This document shows, in pieces, positions 1-7,389 of a DNA stretch of 17,568 bases. Under the pieces are notes generated by a model that did no database searches, was not told where the DNA came from, and saw only the letters and a program-made list of their open reading frames with translations. The position numbers and the translations under genes were made by a program. The stretch's first letter is position 1. The number at the start of each line of letters is the position of its first letter. Source of the DNA: Planctomycetota bacterium (GTDB taxonomy: Bacteria; Planctomycetota; SZUA-567; H5-PLA8); NCBI GenBank assembly GCA_038227875.1, contig JBBRPR010000101.1, forward strand, positions 1 to 17,568. Reading direction: 5' to 3'.

Positions 1-359
1 GCGCCTAGAACCGTGCCGCTGGCCGGCGTGTAGGCAAACGTTCCCGGCACGCTGCCCGTAGCGTTGAGTTGCGTGGAACTCAGCGCGACGCCGTACGTGA
101 TCGCGGCGGGATTGGCCCAGGTGATTGTGGGTGTGGCCTTGCTCACGGTGAGCGAGACGGTCTTCGTCACGGTTGCGTAGTTGACCGTATCGGTGGGCGT
201 GAACGTGACCGACAACGTCTGCGTCCCAGCGCCAGGCACTGCTCCGCTGGCGGGAGTGTAGACAAATGCTCCGGGAACGCTGGCCGTGGCGTTGAGTTGC
301 GTGCTGCTCAGCGCAGTGCCGTAGGTGATCGCGGCGGGATTGGACCAGGTGATTGTGGG
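1..359 (-). repeat. Intragenic tandem repeat, 228-bp (76-aa) unit: one full copy (132-359) and one partial copy (1-131)
   Basis: CCAGGTGATTGTGGG occurs at 117-131 and 345-359 (period 228). Peptides are PTITWSNPAAITYGTALSSTQLNATASVPGAFVYTPASG and PTITWANPAAITYGVALSSTQLNATGSVPGTFAYTPASG. Confidence 0.95.
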
Positions 360-2900
360 AACAAGCAGATCTGTAACTTGAACGGGCACTGTGCTTGAAA
401 CCGAATGATTGCTGGTGTCGGTCACGGTCACCGTCACTGTCTTGTTGCCAGATGTCGTGAACACATGGCTGGGCGATGCGATCGTGGAGGTCACGCCATC
501 CGAGAAGTCCCAGAGATACGTGAGCGTGTCGCCGTCCGGATCGGTGACGCCCACCTGAAAGACTACGTTCGATCCGACTCGAACGGTACTCGGTGTGGCC
601 ACGACGGAACTGATCACCGGCGGCGAATTGGGCGCGGTGGCCGTGAAGTTTGGCGCGGTCGCATTGGCCGTCGCGACAGTCATGGATGCATTCGCCGGAG
701 TGAACGTGTAGCCCGAAAGTGCCGGCGTCACCGTGTAGCTACCGTTCTTCAGGTTGCTGAAACTGTACGCGCCCGCCGCGTTGGGGTGAGTGGTCTGCGT
801 GGAGTTGTTGGGGAACTTCAGCGTCAGCGTAACCTGCGTGGCGTCCGGCGCGCCGCTAACTGTGCCGGAGATTTTGTACGTCAAGCTCAAGGTGGCCGCG
901 GTGCTCGTCGCTGTTCCAAACGCATTCGTCACCACGACCGAGTAGGTCGAGCCGTCGTCAGCGGAAACGGTGGCTGGGGTGGTGTACGAAGCGCTGTTGG
1001 AACTGGAGATGGGCGAACCGTTGCGGCTCCAAAGATAGGTGAAGGGTCCGGCGCCAGTCGTCGTTACATTAAAGGTGGCCGTCTGTCCCAACGCCACGGT
1101 GACATTGCTCGGCGAGGTGAGCACAGACGGAGTCAAGACCGGTGTCATGTCGCAGCGCTGGTAGACGATGTAAGTTCGATTGTTGGTATTATTATTGCGC
1201 AGAATGGCGCCGACATTCGTGGGGTCGAAGACCAGGCTGCAATCCATCCCTTGAATGACATCGATCGACAGATGCCCGGCCGCGTCGACCCAGGCACGCC
1301 GCGACGTGCTCGGCCAGCAGGATGCGATTTTCTGCCCGGTGATCGAAGTTTGCGAAATAGGAATGAAATTTCCATTGTCGAGGAATTGCCCATTTTGCAG
1401 CACGCGACAGATCGCATCCATGTCGTCGTAGATCTGAAATGAGTTGGAGAAGTCATTGGGATCAACTTCACCCAGAGCCTTGTATTGAATGACCGGAATC
1501 GTGATTCCGTTTGAACCCATGCAGAATGAGGGCGTCCAGGAATACTGGAATCCGTTCAGCGTGTCGTCTTCGTGCCGGTGCAGGCGCTGCGGTCGCTCCC
1601 AGCCTGTGGCATTGCCGTCGTTGGCGAAGGTGCGGCGAGTATAATACGCGTCGTCATGTCCCCAGGCGTGAGTGACGGCAGTTCCATGCCATCCGATATG
1701 AATGGTGTCCTGGTCGTCGCAGGCGATGTCCATCCAGTCGCCGACGACATCAATGGGCGTGACCCCGGCCTGGCCCGGACCCGGATCCTGCCATTCGGTA
1801 AAGCTGGCATTGACGTCGCAGCCTTCAACCCAGGTCGACGTCCCGCCTGGTCGCTTACGGTGCGCGTACCAGACCTTGGCGTACGTGTTGTAATTTCCAG
1901 ATCCGGCGACGTTGGGATCGCGCATCATGGCGGTATAGGTGATGTGGACGTCGCCCCGTGAGTCCACCGCAATGGCCGGGTATTTATCGCTGACCATGCC
2001 GACCGGTTTGGGTACGCTTTCGACGACCCATGGCGATGTCGCTGGCTGGCCCACATTAACGTTGTAAGCATAGTTAAGATTGCGCGTGACGATGTGAACT
2101 TCGTCGTCCGTAAATGCCGCAATGCATGTTCCATTGTCGTCGCTCACGCCGATAACGTTGCTAAGTACCTGAATTGGATCAAAGTTCCAGTTGGCCCCAC
2201 TGTGGACGAGTCTGCGATAATTGATCGGAGACGACGCTGCATTTCCCGCATTTCCACCCCAGGCGAAATGAACCGCGTTTGCCGAGACGGAAAGCTTGAC
2301 GAAGGACCAGTACGTTGATGTTCCGTTGGCTACATCCACGGGTGCCGTCCACGTGACCACTCCTGTTGTGGGATTCTGCGTGCCTCGGCGATACCAGATG
2401 CGATAAGGACGGATCGTGCCATCCATGTTGGTGCCATCGTCGAGCCAGACCACATGCAGGAGCCCGTTGGCGTCGCGCGCGATGCTCGAGCCGTGGTTGC
2501 CCGCCAGTGTGTAGTCGTCGCCCGACACGCCGATCGGCGTTTGTCCGTTGCGAAATACGAAGACATACTTCGAAACAGTTGCGCTGATCGCGGAGTTATG
2601 CGGCGTTCCGGCCCATGCCGTCCACGTCACCTGAGTGCCGCCGAGAGGAAACGAAAATAAGGCTTCGGTCTTGTCGTTGGTCACCGACAAGCCACCCGCA
2701 GTTGCGGAGGCAAGAAGCGAAGCCATCGGCTCCGCGTTGGCCTGAATCGTGGTTTGTCCGGCAGTGGGTAATTCGATAGCCAGAATATCCGGCAGCGTGA
2801 TGGTCGCGGCCCGCGCAACCGGCAGCAGCATCAAACCCAAAACGGCCATCAACAAAAAATGGGATCTGCACAAGTGCCGAGCGTCATTCAACATGTTCAT
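1..2900 (-). CDS. Large secreted multidomain surface protein (HYR-like, beta-propeller, Ig-like, CnaB/carboxypeptidase-regulatory-like, PKD, 76-aa repeats); 3' end beyond the left edge
   Basis: Manual translation of the minus strand is open from ATG 2900 (or ATG 2894, better spaced from AAGGGAAG) to position 1, at least 966 codons. It starts MNMLNDARHLCRSHFLLMAVLGLMLLPVARA|AT (Sec signal peptide). It contains VTNDKTEALFSFPLGGTQVTWTA (HYR-like); blades SIARDANGLLHVVW, AIAVDSRGDVHITY and DIACDDQDTIHIGW; VTVALGQTATFNV...FTYLWSRNG...DDGSTYSVVVTNAFG (Ig); GAYSFSNLKNGSYTVTP; and TDPDGDTLTYLWDFSDG (PKD). The ORF track misses it because there is no in-window stop. Confidence 0.93.
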   Translation of the reverse strand, partial: MNMLNDARHLCRSHFLLMAVLGLMLLPVARAATITLPDILAIELPTAGQTTIQANAEPMASLLASATAGGLSVTNDKTEALFSFPLGGTQVTWTAWAGTPHNSAISATVSKYVFVFRNGQTPIGVSGDDYTLAGNHGSSIARDANGLLHVVWLDDGTNMDGTIRPYRIWYRRGTQNPTTGVVTWTAPVDVANGTSTYWSFVKLSVSANAVHFAWGGNAGNAASSPINYRRLVHSGANWNFDPIQVLSNVIGVSDDNGTCIAAFTDDEVHIVTRNLNYAYNVNVGQPATSPWVVESVPKPVGMVSDKYPAIAVDSRGDVHITYTAMMRDPNVAGSGNYNTYAKVWYAHRKRPGGTSTWVEGCDVNASFTEWQDPGPGQAGVTPIDVVGDWMDIACDDQDTIHIGWHGTAVTHAWGHDDAYYTRRTFANDGNATGWERPQRLHRHEDDTLNGFQYSWTPSFCMGSNGITIPVIQYKALGEVDPNDFSNSFQIYDDMDAICRVLQNGQFLDNGNFIPISQTSITGQKIASCWPSTSRRAWVDAAGHLSIDVIQGMDCSLVFDPTNVGAILRNNNTNNRTYIVYQRCDMTPVLTPSVLTSPSNVTVALGQTATFNVTTTGAGPFTYLWSRNGSPISSSNSASYTTPATVSADDGSTYSVVVTNAFGTATSTAATLSLTYKISGTVSGAPDATQVTLTLKFPNNSTQTTHPNAAGAYSFSNLKNGSYTVTPALSGYTFTPANASMTVATANATAPNFTATAPNSPPVISSVVATPSTVRVGSNVVFQVGVTDPDGDTLTYLWDFSDGVTSTIASPSHVFTTSGNKTVTVTVTDTSNHSVSSTVPVQVTDLLVPTITWSNPAAITYGTALSSTQLNATASVPGAFVYTPASGAVPGAGTQTLSVTFTPTDTVNYATVTKTVSLTVSKATPTITWANPAAITYGVALSSTQLNATGSVPGTFAYTPASGTVLG

Positions 2901-3175
2901 CTTCCCTTGGCTCGAGCTGCTCAAAATGCGACTTGGAATCGTTTATTTACTTCGAATAACGGACCGTGGCTGGACGGTCTTTAGCACACTCAAAATCAAC
3001 GTCTGTCATAGTGGTGAACGACCGGGTGCACTGCGTATGCTCTGTTCTCCGCATGCGCATGCAACTAAATAATGTTCGATATATAGGAACAGTGCGAATC
3101 TGTGCCGTAAATGTAGAGCGGCCGGCATAGCTGGAGCCTGTTTTACCTAAAGAAAGTCACATTGTGCGCGAAACC

Positions 3176-3197
3176 GTGGTCGCAAATTTGCGACCAC
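3176..3197. promoter_or_regulatory. Perfect 22-bp palindrome (operator or terminator hairpin)
   Basis: GTGGTCGCAAA|TTTGCGACCAC lies in the intergenic region between the oxidoreductase stop and the surface-protein start. A 10-bp partial copy, ATTTGCGACC, is at 3265-3274. The palindrome is certain; its function is not. Confidence 0.55.
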
Positions 3198-3275
3198 CAA
3201 AAACCAACGATCCTGAGTCAGTGTTGAGCGATTTAGTATATAGAGAACAGGTTAGGTACAGAGCATTTGCGACCG

Positions 3276-4538
3276 TCAACGCGTACACGAATCCACTCCG
3301 ATTTGCTTCCAGATCTTATGCGCGAAAGCGTACGCTTGCTTTGACGGCGTTCGTTCCCCGAGGATGCTGCTGGGCGCTTTATCGGCTTTGGATTTCGCGA
3401 AGACCGACCAGTTATCGTTGGCGTATTTCTTCCGGCTCTTCTCCGATGAAAAGTCAGGCATTTCAACCGGGGCGCCATGTTGGAGCGCGCTTCTCCAAGC
3501 CAAAATTCCGACCGAAGACATCGTCACGCCTCTGTAGACATTTAAATACGGCTGCTTTCCCGAGCGGATGGCGTTGGCGAATTCGTAGTTGGTCCAAAAA
3601 TCGCCGCCGCCGTGGCCCGCGCGCGCGGCCAGTGTTCCCATTTTCGGCCATTCCGGCGAGTATACTTTTTCCAGCGGTTCGCCCCTTCTTCTGTTCCACT
3701 CTTCGCGCCAGATTCTGATTTGCTCCGGCCCGAAGTAGCCCGGCCCGCGAGTCATTTCCATGGCTGCTTCGGTTCCATGCAGCCGGTACCAGCAACTGTG
3801 CCCTGCCAGACCCGCTTGAATGATTCGAAAGATCGCACCGTTATCCATCTGGCAGACTATGACCGACCCAAAGTCTCCTCTTCCCAGCGACAGCGATCGG
3901 GCTTTTGGCGCCGGGCTGGCAAAAGAGAAACCGTTGACTCTTACCGGCATGGTCCCGGTGATGTGCATGAGCGGCGCCAGCGCGTGCGTGCAGTAGTACG
4001 TCGGAGGAATTTTGAAGCGCCAATGATCGACGCTGTGCGAGATTTTCAACACATCTGCAAACTGCATGGGATGCATGTACTCGCCTTCCGCGTACATCAC
4101 TTCACCAATTTCGCCCGCTTGATACGCCCGGCGCATTTCCAGATTGAATTTGGTGTAGGGGTAGTTCTCCGCGAGCATGTAAATCAAACCCGTTTTCTCA
4201 ACGGTGCGGCAGAGCTCCACGCCTTCGGCCATCGTAAAGTTGGAGGCCGTTTCGCTCATGACGTGCTTGCCCGCCTTCAATGCCTTGATGGCAAACGGCG
4301 CATGTTGATGGAAATAATTGGCGAGGACCACGGCATCCATGTCGTGCTCAAGAAACGCGTCGTAATCGGTGTAGGTGGCAACGCCGAATTTCCTGCCCGT
4401 CTCCTCAAGTTTTTCCTTCCACGCGTCACAGATGGCCACAAGTTTCAGCCCGGTCGCTTCGCTGGCGCCCGCGATAAAACTTTGGCCGCGCCCAACGCCG
4501 ATGACGCCTACCCGGATCAGCTTCTGCTTTTTGTTCAT
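3276..4538 (-). CDS. Gfo/Idh/MocA family NAD(P)-dependent oxidoreductase (420 aa)
   Basis: Rossmann start IRVGVIGVGRG; LVAICD; DAVVL..HAPFAIKALKAGKHVMSE; YMLAENY; EGEYMH; YYCTHALAP; GHGGGDF. I placed the start at ATG 4538 (MNKKQK), not 4607, because the fold begins there. Confidence 0.92.
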   Translation of the reverse strand: MNKKQKLIRVGVIGVGRGQSFIAGASEATGLKLVAICDAWKEKLEETGRKFGVATYTDYDAFLEHDMDAVVLANYFHQHAPFAIKALKAGKHVMSETASNFTMAEGVELCRTVEKTGLIYMLAENYPYTKFNLEMRRAYQAGEIGEVMYAEGEYMHPMQFADVLKISHSVDHWRFKIPPTYYCTHALAPLMHITGTMPVRVNGFSFASPAPKARSLSLGRGDFGSVIVCQMDNGAIFRIIQAGLAGHSCWYRLHGTEAAMEMTRGPGYFGPEQIRIWREEWNRRRGEPLEKVYSPEWPKMGTLAARAGHGGGDFWTNYEFANAIRSGKQPYLNVYRGVTMSSVGILAWRSALQHGAPVEMPDFSSEKSRKKYANDNWSVFAKSKADKAPSSILGERTPSKQAYAFAHKIWKQIGVDSCTR

Positions 4539-4612
4539 GGCATTCTCGCTTTCTGTGTCTCCATCCAAATCAAGACTCGTCAACCGCCTCCATTTATAGT
4601 CGCGCATTCCAA

Positions 4613-4646
4613 ATTATATGGGTCAAAGTTTTTCAGTGCCTGAAAA
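4613..4646 (-). promoter_or_regulatory. Candidate promoter/operator of the oxidoreductase
   Basis: A perfect TATAAT on the minus strand (4613-4618). The -35 position is non-consensus and is covered by the inverted repeat TTTTCAG-tgc-CTGAAAA (4630-4646). Confidence 0.4.
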
Positions 4647-4742
4647 CCGATTGTAATGCGAGAATTGCAGTACACGATGGCAACGCACTCGCCTTCCGCG
4701 CGAACACGCTCCCGCCTTCCCGTACGACGCAAACGAGGTTAC

Positions 4743-5549
4743 ATGAAAATCCGTTTTGGTTATGAACTGGTCTACGAGTGTCCGCAGCCGACCCCCATGC
4801 TGCTGATGTTAAACGTTCATTATAGCCGCGTTTCGGATCTGGTTTCTCCGGACCATCTGGTCATCAGCCCATCGGTGCCGATCTCCGCGTACCGGGATCC
4901 GTTCGGAAATTGGTGCAGCCGGATCGTCGCGCCGCAATGTACGCTGCGGTTGACGACCGATGCGGTTATTCACGACAGCGGCGCAACGGATCTGATCGTG
5001 CCGTCGGCACAGCAATCTCCGGTGGAGCATCTCCCCGATGAGTGCATTCAATTTCTGCTTGGCAGCCGGTACTGCGAAACGGATCGATTCTCTGAACTGG
5101 CGTGGTCTCTGTTTCACACCGCGCCGACGGGCTGGGCCCGCGTGCAGACGATTTGCGATTTCGTGCACCAGCACATCAAGTTCGGCTACCAATTCGCCCG
5201 CCCGACCAAGACCGCCTGGGAGGCATACCACGAGCGCACCGGCGTCTGCCGCGACTACGCGCATCTGGCGATTACCTTTTGCCGCTGCATGAATATTCCG
5301 GCGCGCTATTGCACGGGCTATCTGGGCGACATCGGCCGGCCGCCAGTTCCCGATCCCATGGATTTTGCCGGCTGGTTTGAAGCTTACATCGGCGGCCAAT
5401 GGTACACGTTTGACGCGCGCAACAACACACCGCGAATCGGCCGCATCCTGCTCGGCCGCGGCCGCGACGCGGCCGACGTTGCGATCAGCACGACGTTTGG
5501 TCAGAACACACTGAAGAGTTTCCGGGTGTGGACGGATCAGGTGAACTGA
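4743..5549 (+). CDS. Transglutaminase-like (Transglut_core) family protein (268 aa)
   Basis: GAGG RBS before ATG 4743 (MKIRFGYEL). Motifs YRDPFGNWCSR, FLLGSRYCETD, GVCRDYAHLAITFCRCMNIPARYCTGYLGD, MDFAGWFE, WYTFDARNN and GRGRDAADV. Confidence 0.93.
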   Translation: MKIRFGYELVYECPQPTPMLLMLNVHYSRVSDLVSPDHLVISPSVPISAYRDPFGNWCSRIVAPQCTLRLTTDAVIHDSGATDLIVPSAQQSPVEHLPDECIQFLLGSRYCETDRFSELAWSLFHTAPTGWARVQTICDFVHQHIKFGYQFARPTKTAWEAYHERTGVCRDYAHLAITFCRCMNIPARYCTGYLGDIGRPPVPDPMDFAGWFEAYIGGQWYTFDARNNTPRIGRILLGRGRDAADVAISTTFGQNTLKSFRVWTDQVN

Positions 5550-5667
5550 AGGTCCCGCAGGAGTGTTCAGGCAAACCAGGTTGTATGCTTCGAACTCTCT
5601 TGCAACCTCTCTGTTTACTCATGCGTGAGTTGCGCTACGCTGCTGGCAATCAGGAGCGACATTATCT

Positions 5668-7389
5668 ATGCCGATCGTCGGAATCGATCTGGGGACGACC
5701 AACTCGCTGGTAGCAGTGATGCGTGGCGATGTTCCCGAAACGCTGCCTAACGAAATGGGTGAACACCTGACGCCGTCGGCGGTCGCCATGGCCAAGGACG
5801 GCGGGCTGCTGGTCGGACGCGCGGCGTGGGACCGCCTGGTCGCGGTGCCCGAGTCCGGGAAGGCGTTCTTCAAGCGGGATATGGGCACGCCCGCGACCTA
5901 TGCATTTGGCGGCCGAAAATGGACGCCCACCGAATGTTCGGCGATGGTCTTGAACGAGATGAAACGTGTCGCTCAGTTGCATCTGGGCAAGCAGACGACG
6001 GAAGCCGTGATCACTGTGCCCGCCTATTTTCGCGAGAGCCAGCGTCAGGCCACGGCCGAGGCAGCGCAACTGGCAGGGCTCTCTGTGGCGCGCATCGTCA
6101 ACGAACCGACCGCCGCGGCGCTGGCATACGGCTACCGCAATCCGGACAAGGAAACGCGGCTGCTGGTCTTCGATCTGGGCGGCGGCACCTTTGACGTCAC
6201 GGTGCTGGAAGTGTTCTCGGGCGTGATTGAAGTGCGCGCGTCTGGTGGCGAGAGCCGCCTCGGCGGAGAAGATTACACCGATGCGCTGCTCAAGCAGTTG
6301 CTTGATAAATGTGCGATGCGAACCAACCATCCCGCGGCGGGCGTGATGCGTTCGCAAGTCGAAGGCGTCAAGCGGCGCCTGAGCACCCGCGAGCAGGCGG
6401 CGGTGGTGCTGGAAGGTCACGAGCTGCTGGTCTCGCGACGCGACCTGGAGGTCGCGGGCGCGGAGCTGACCGGCCGACTGCGTCCCATCGTGATTCGTTG
6501 TCTGCGCGATGCCGGGCTCGCTCCGGATAAGGTCGACGAGATCCTGATGGTCGGCGGTGCCAGCCGCATGCACATGATTGGCGATTTCCTGAAGACCGAA
6601 CTGGGGCGCGCGGGATCGATGAAACTGGATCCCGACCGCGTGGTGGCCGTAGGCGCGGCGGTTCAAGCGGCGTTGTGCGCGGGCGATGCGGCCGTCCAGG
6701 ATCTCGTGCTGACGGACGTCTGCGCGCACACGCTGGGGATCAGCATCGCCAAGGAATTCGCAGCGCATCAGATCGTCAGCGGGTACTACGAACCGCTGAT
6801 TGAACGCAACACGACCGTGCCGGTCAGCCGGGCCAAAATTTTCAGCGCGTTCACTCCGCAGCAGGATGCGATCGTGATTGAGATTTACCAGGGCGAGGCG
6901 CGCATGACGAAGGACAATCACCTTCTGGGAAAGCTGCGTGTCACCGGATTGCGGCGCGGCGCCGACAAGCAGGAACCCGGAAGCGTGGAGGTACGATTCA
7001 GCTACGACATGAGCGGATTGCTGGAAGTCGACGCGACGGTGTTACACAGCGGCGCGAAATTTCACACCGTGATCGAAGAACGTCCGGGGTCGCTCAGCGC
7101 CAAGCAGATTGAAGCGATCCGTCAGCGCCTGGCGCCGCTGAAAGTAAAGGCGCGCGATTTGATTCACAATCGCGCGCGGCTGGAACGGGCGCAACGCCTG
7201 TATGCCGCGCTGACCGGAGAAGCGCGGCAGATGATCGCAGAAGTGCTGGATATGTTCGAGCAGGCGCTGGAGAGCAATGACGAACGCGCGTGGGAAGAAG
7301 CCGGCCGCGTGCTCGACACGGTACTCAAGCAGCACACCCTGGAAGAAGGCGAATGGCAGCCGCCGCAGGACGAGGGTTTGGCCACGTGA
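5668..7389 (+). CDS. hscC: Hsp70 family chaperone, HscC (Hsc62)-like (573 aa)
   Basis: Hsp70 signatures GIDLGTTNS, AVITVPAYF, NEPTAAALAYG, FDLGGGTFDVT and VGGASRM. HscC-type features: LTDVCAHTLG, PLIERNTTVPVSR, VRFSYDMSGLLEV, short length and an adjacent J-protein. AGGAG RBS at 5652-5656. Confidence 0.9.
   Translation: MPIVGIDLGTTNSLVAVMRGDVPETLPNEMGEHLTPSAVAMAKDGGLLVGRAAWDRLVAVPESGKAFFKRDMGTPATYAFGGRKWTPTECSAMVLNEMKRVAQLHLGKQTTEAVITVPAYFRESQRQATAEAAQLAGLSVARIVNEPTAAALAYGYRNPDKETRLLVFDLGGGTFDVTVLEVFSGVIEVRASGGESRLGGEDYTDALLKQLLDKCAMRTNHPAAGVMRSQVEGVKRRLSTREQAAVVLEGHELLVSRRDLEVAGAELTGRLRPIVIRCLRDAGLAPDKVDEILMVGGASRMHMIGDFLKTELGRAGSMKLDPDRVVAVGAAVQAALCAGDAAVQDLVLTDVCAHTLGISIAKEFAAHQIVSGYYEPLIERNTTVPVSRAKIFSAFTPQQDAIVIEIYQGEARMTKDNHLLGKLRVTGLRRGADKQEPGSVEVRFSYDMSGLLEVDATVLHSGAKFHTVIEERPGSLSAKQIEAIRQRLAPLKVKARDLIHNRARLERAQRLYAALTGEARQMIAEVLDMFEQALESNDERAWEEAGRVLDTVLKQHTLEEGEWQPPQDEGLAT

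Noticed and set aside
69..2871. ORF-track calls in 69-2871, including the 345-aa plus-strand ORF 405-1442
   Set aside because: They are antisense or off-frame shadows of the real minus-strand surface-protein gene, with Arg/Gly/His-rich nonsense composition.
2981..2991. CIRCE-like half site TTAGCACACTC
   Set aside because: It is imperfect, has no GAGTGCTAA arm 9 nt away, and is far from the chaperone genes.
3073..3091. LexA/SOS box interpretation of TGTTC-N9-GAACA
   Set aside because: The Verrucomicrobia-type box is TGTTC-N4-GAACA; the spacing does not fit and no SOS gene is adjacent.
3092..3108. Sigma54-like CGGCAC...TCGCA on the minus strand upstream of the surface protein
   Set aside because: GG and GC are separated by 9 nt, not the strictly required 10.
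2901..3275. Riboswitch (e.g. c-di-GMP) in the long leader of the surface protein
   Set aside because: Only short hairpins are visible (e.g. GACCGT-N6-ACGGTC at 2962-2979) and no conserved aptamer motif. An Rfam/Infernal scan would be decisive.
3612..4643. 343-aa plus-strand ORF (likewise the 278-aa minus-strand ORF 14881-15717)
   Set aside because: Both are antisense shadows of clearly recognisable genes in GC-rich DNA and carry no motifs.
5662..6921. 419-aa ORF antisense to the Hsp70 gene
   Set aside because: This is the well-known open antisense frame of dnaK-family genes, often misannotated as NAD-specific glutamate dehydrogenase. It results from codon bias and has no independent support.
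7290..7385. ORF-track N-terminal extension of the J-protein
   Set aside because: It overlaps hscC by 100 bp. The J domain begins at GTG 7386, which has an RBS and a GTGA coupling overlap.
5668..7389. Housekeeping dnaK
   Set aside because: It is too short, has HscC-type motifs, lacks grpE/dnaJ/hrcA context, and is paired with a DjlC-like protein.
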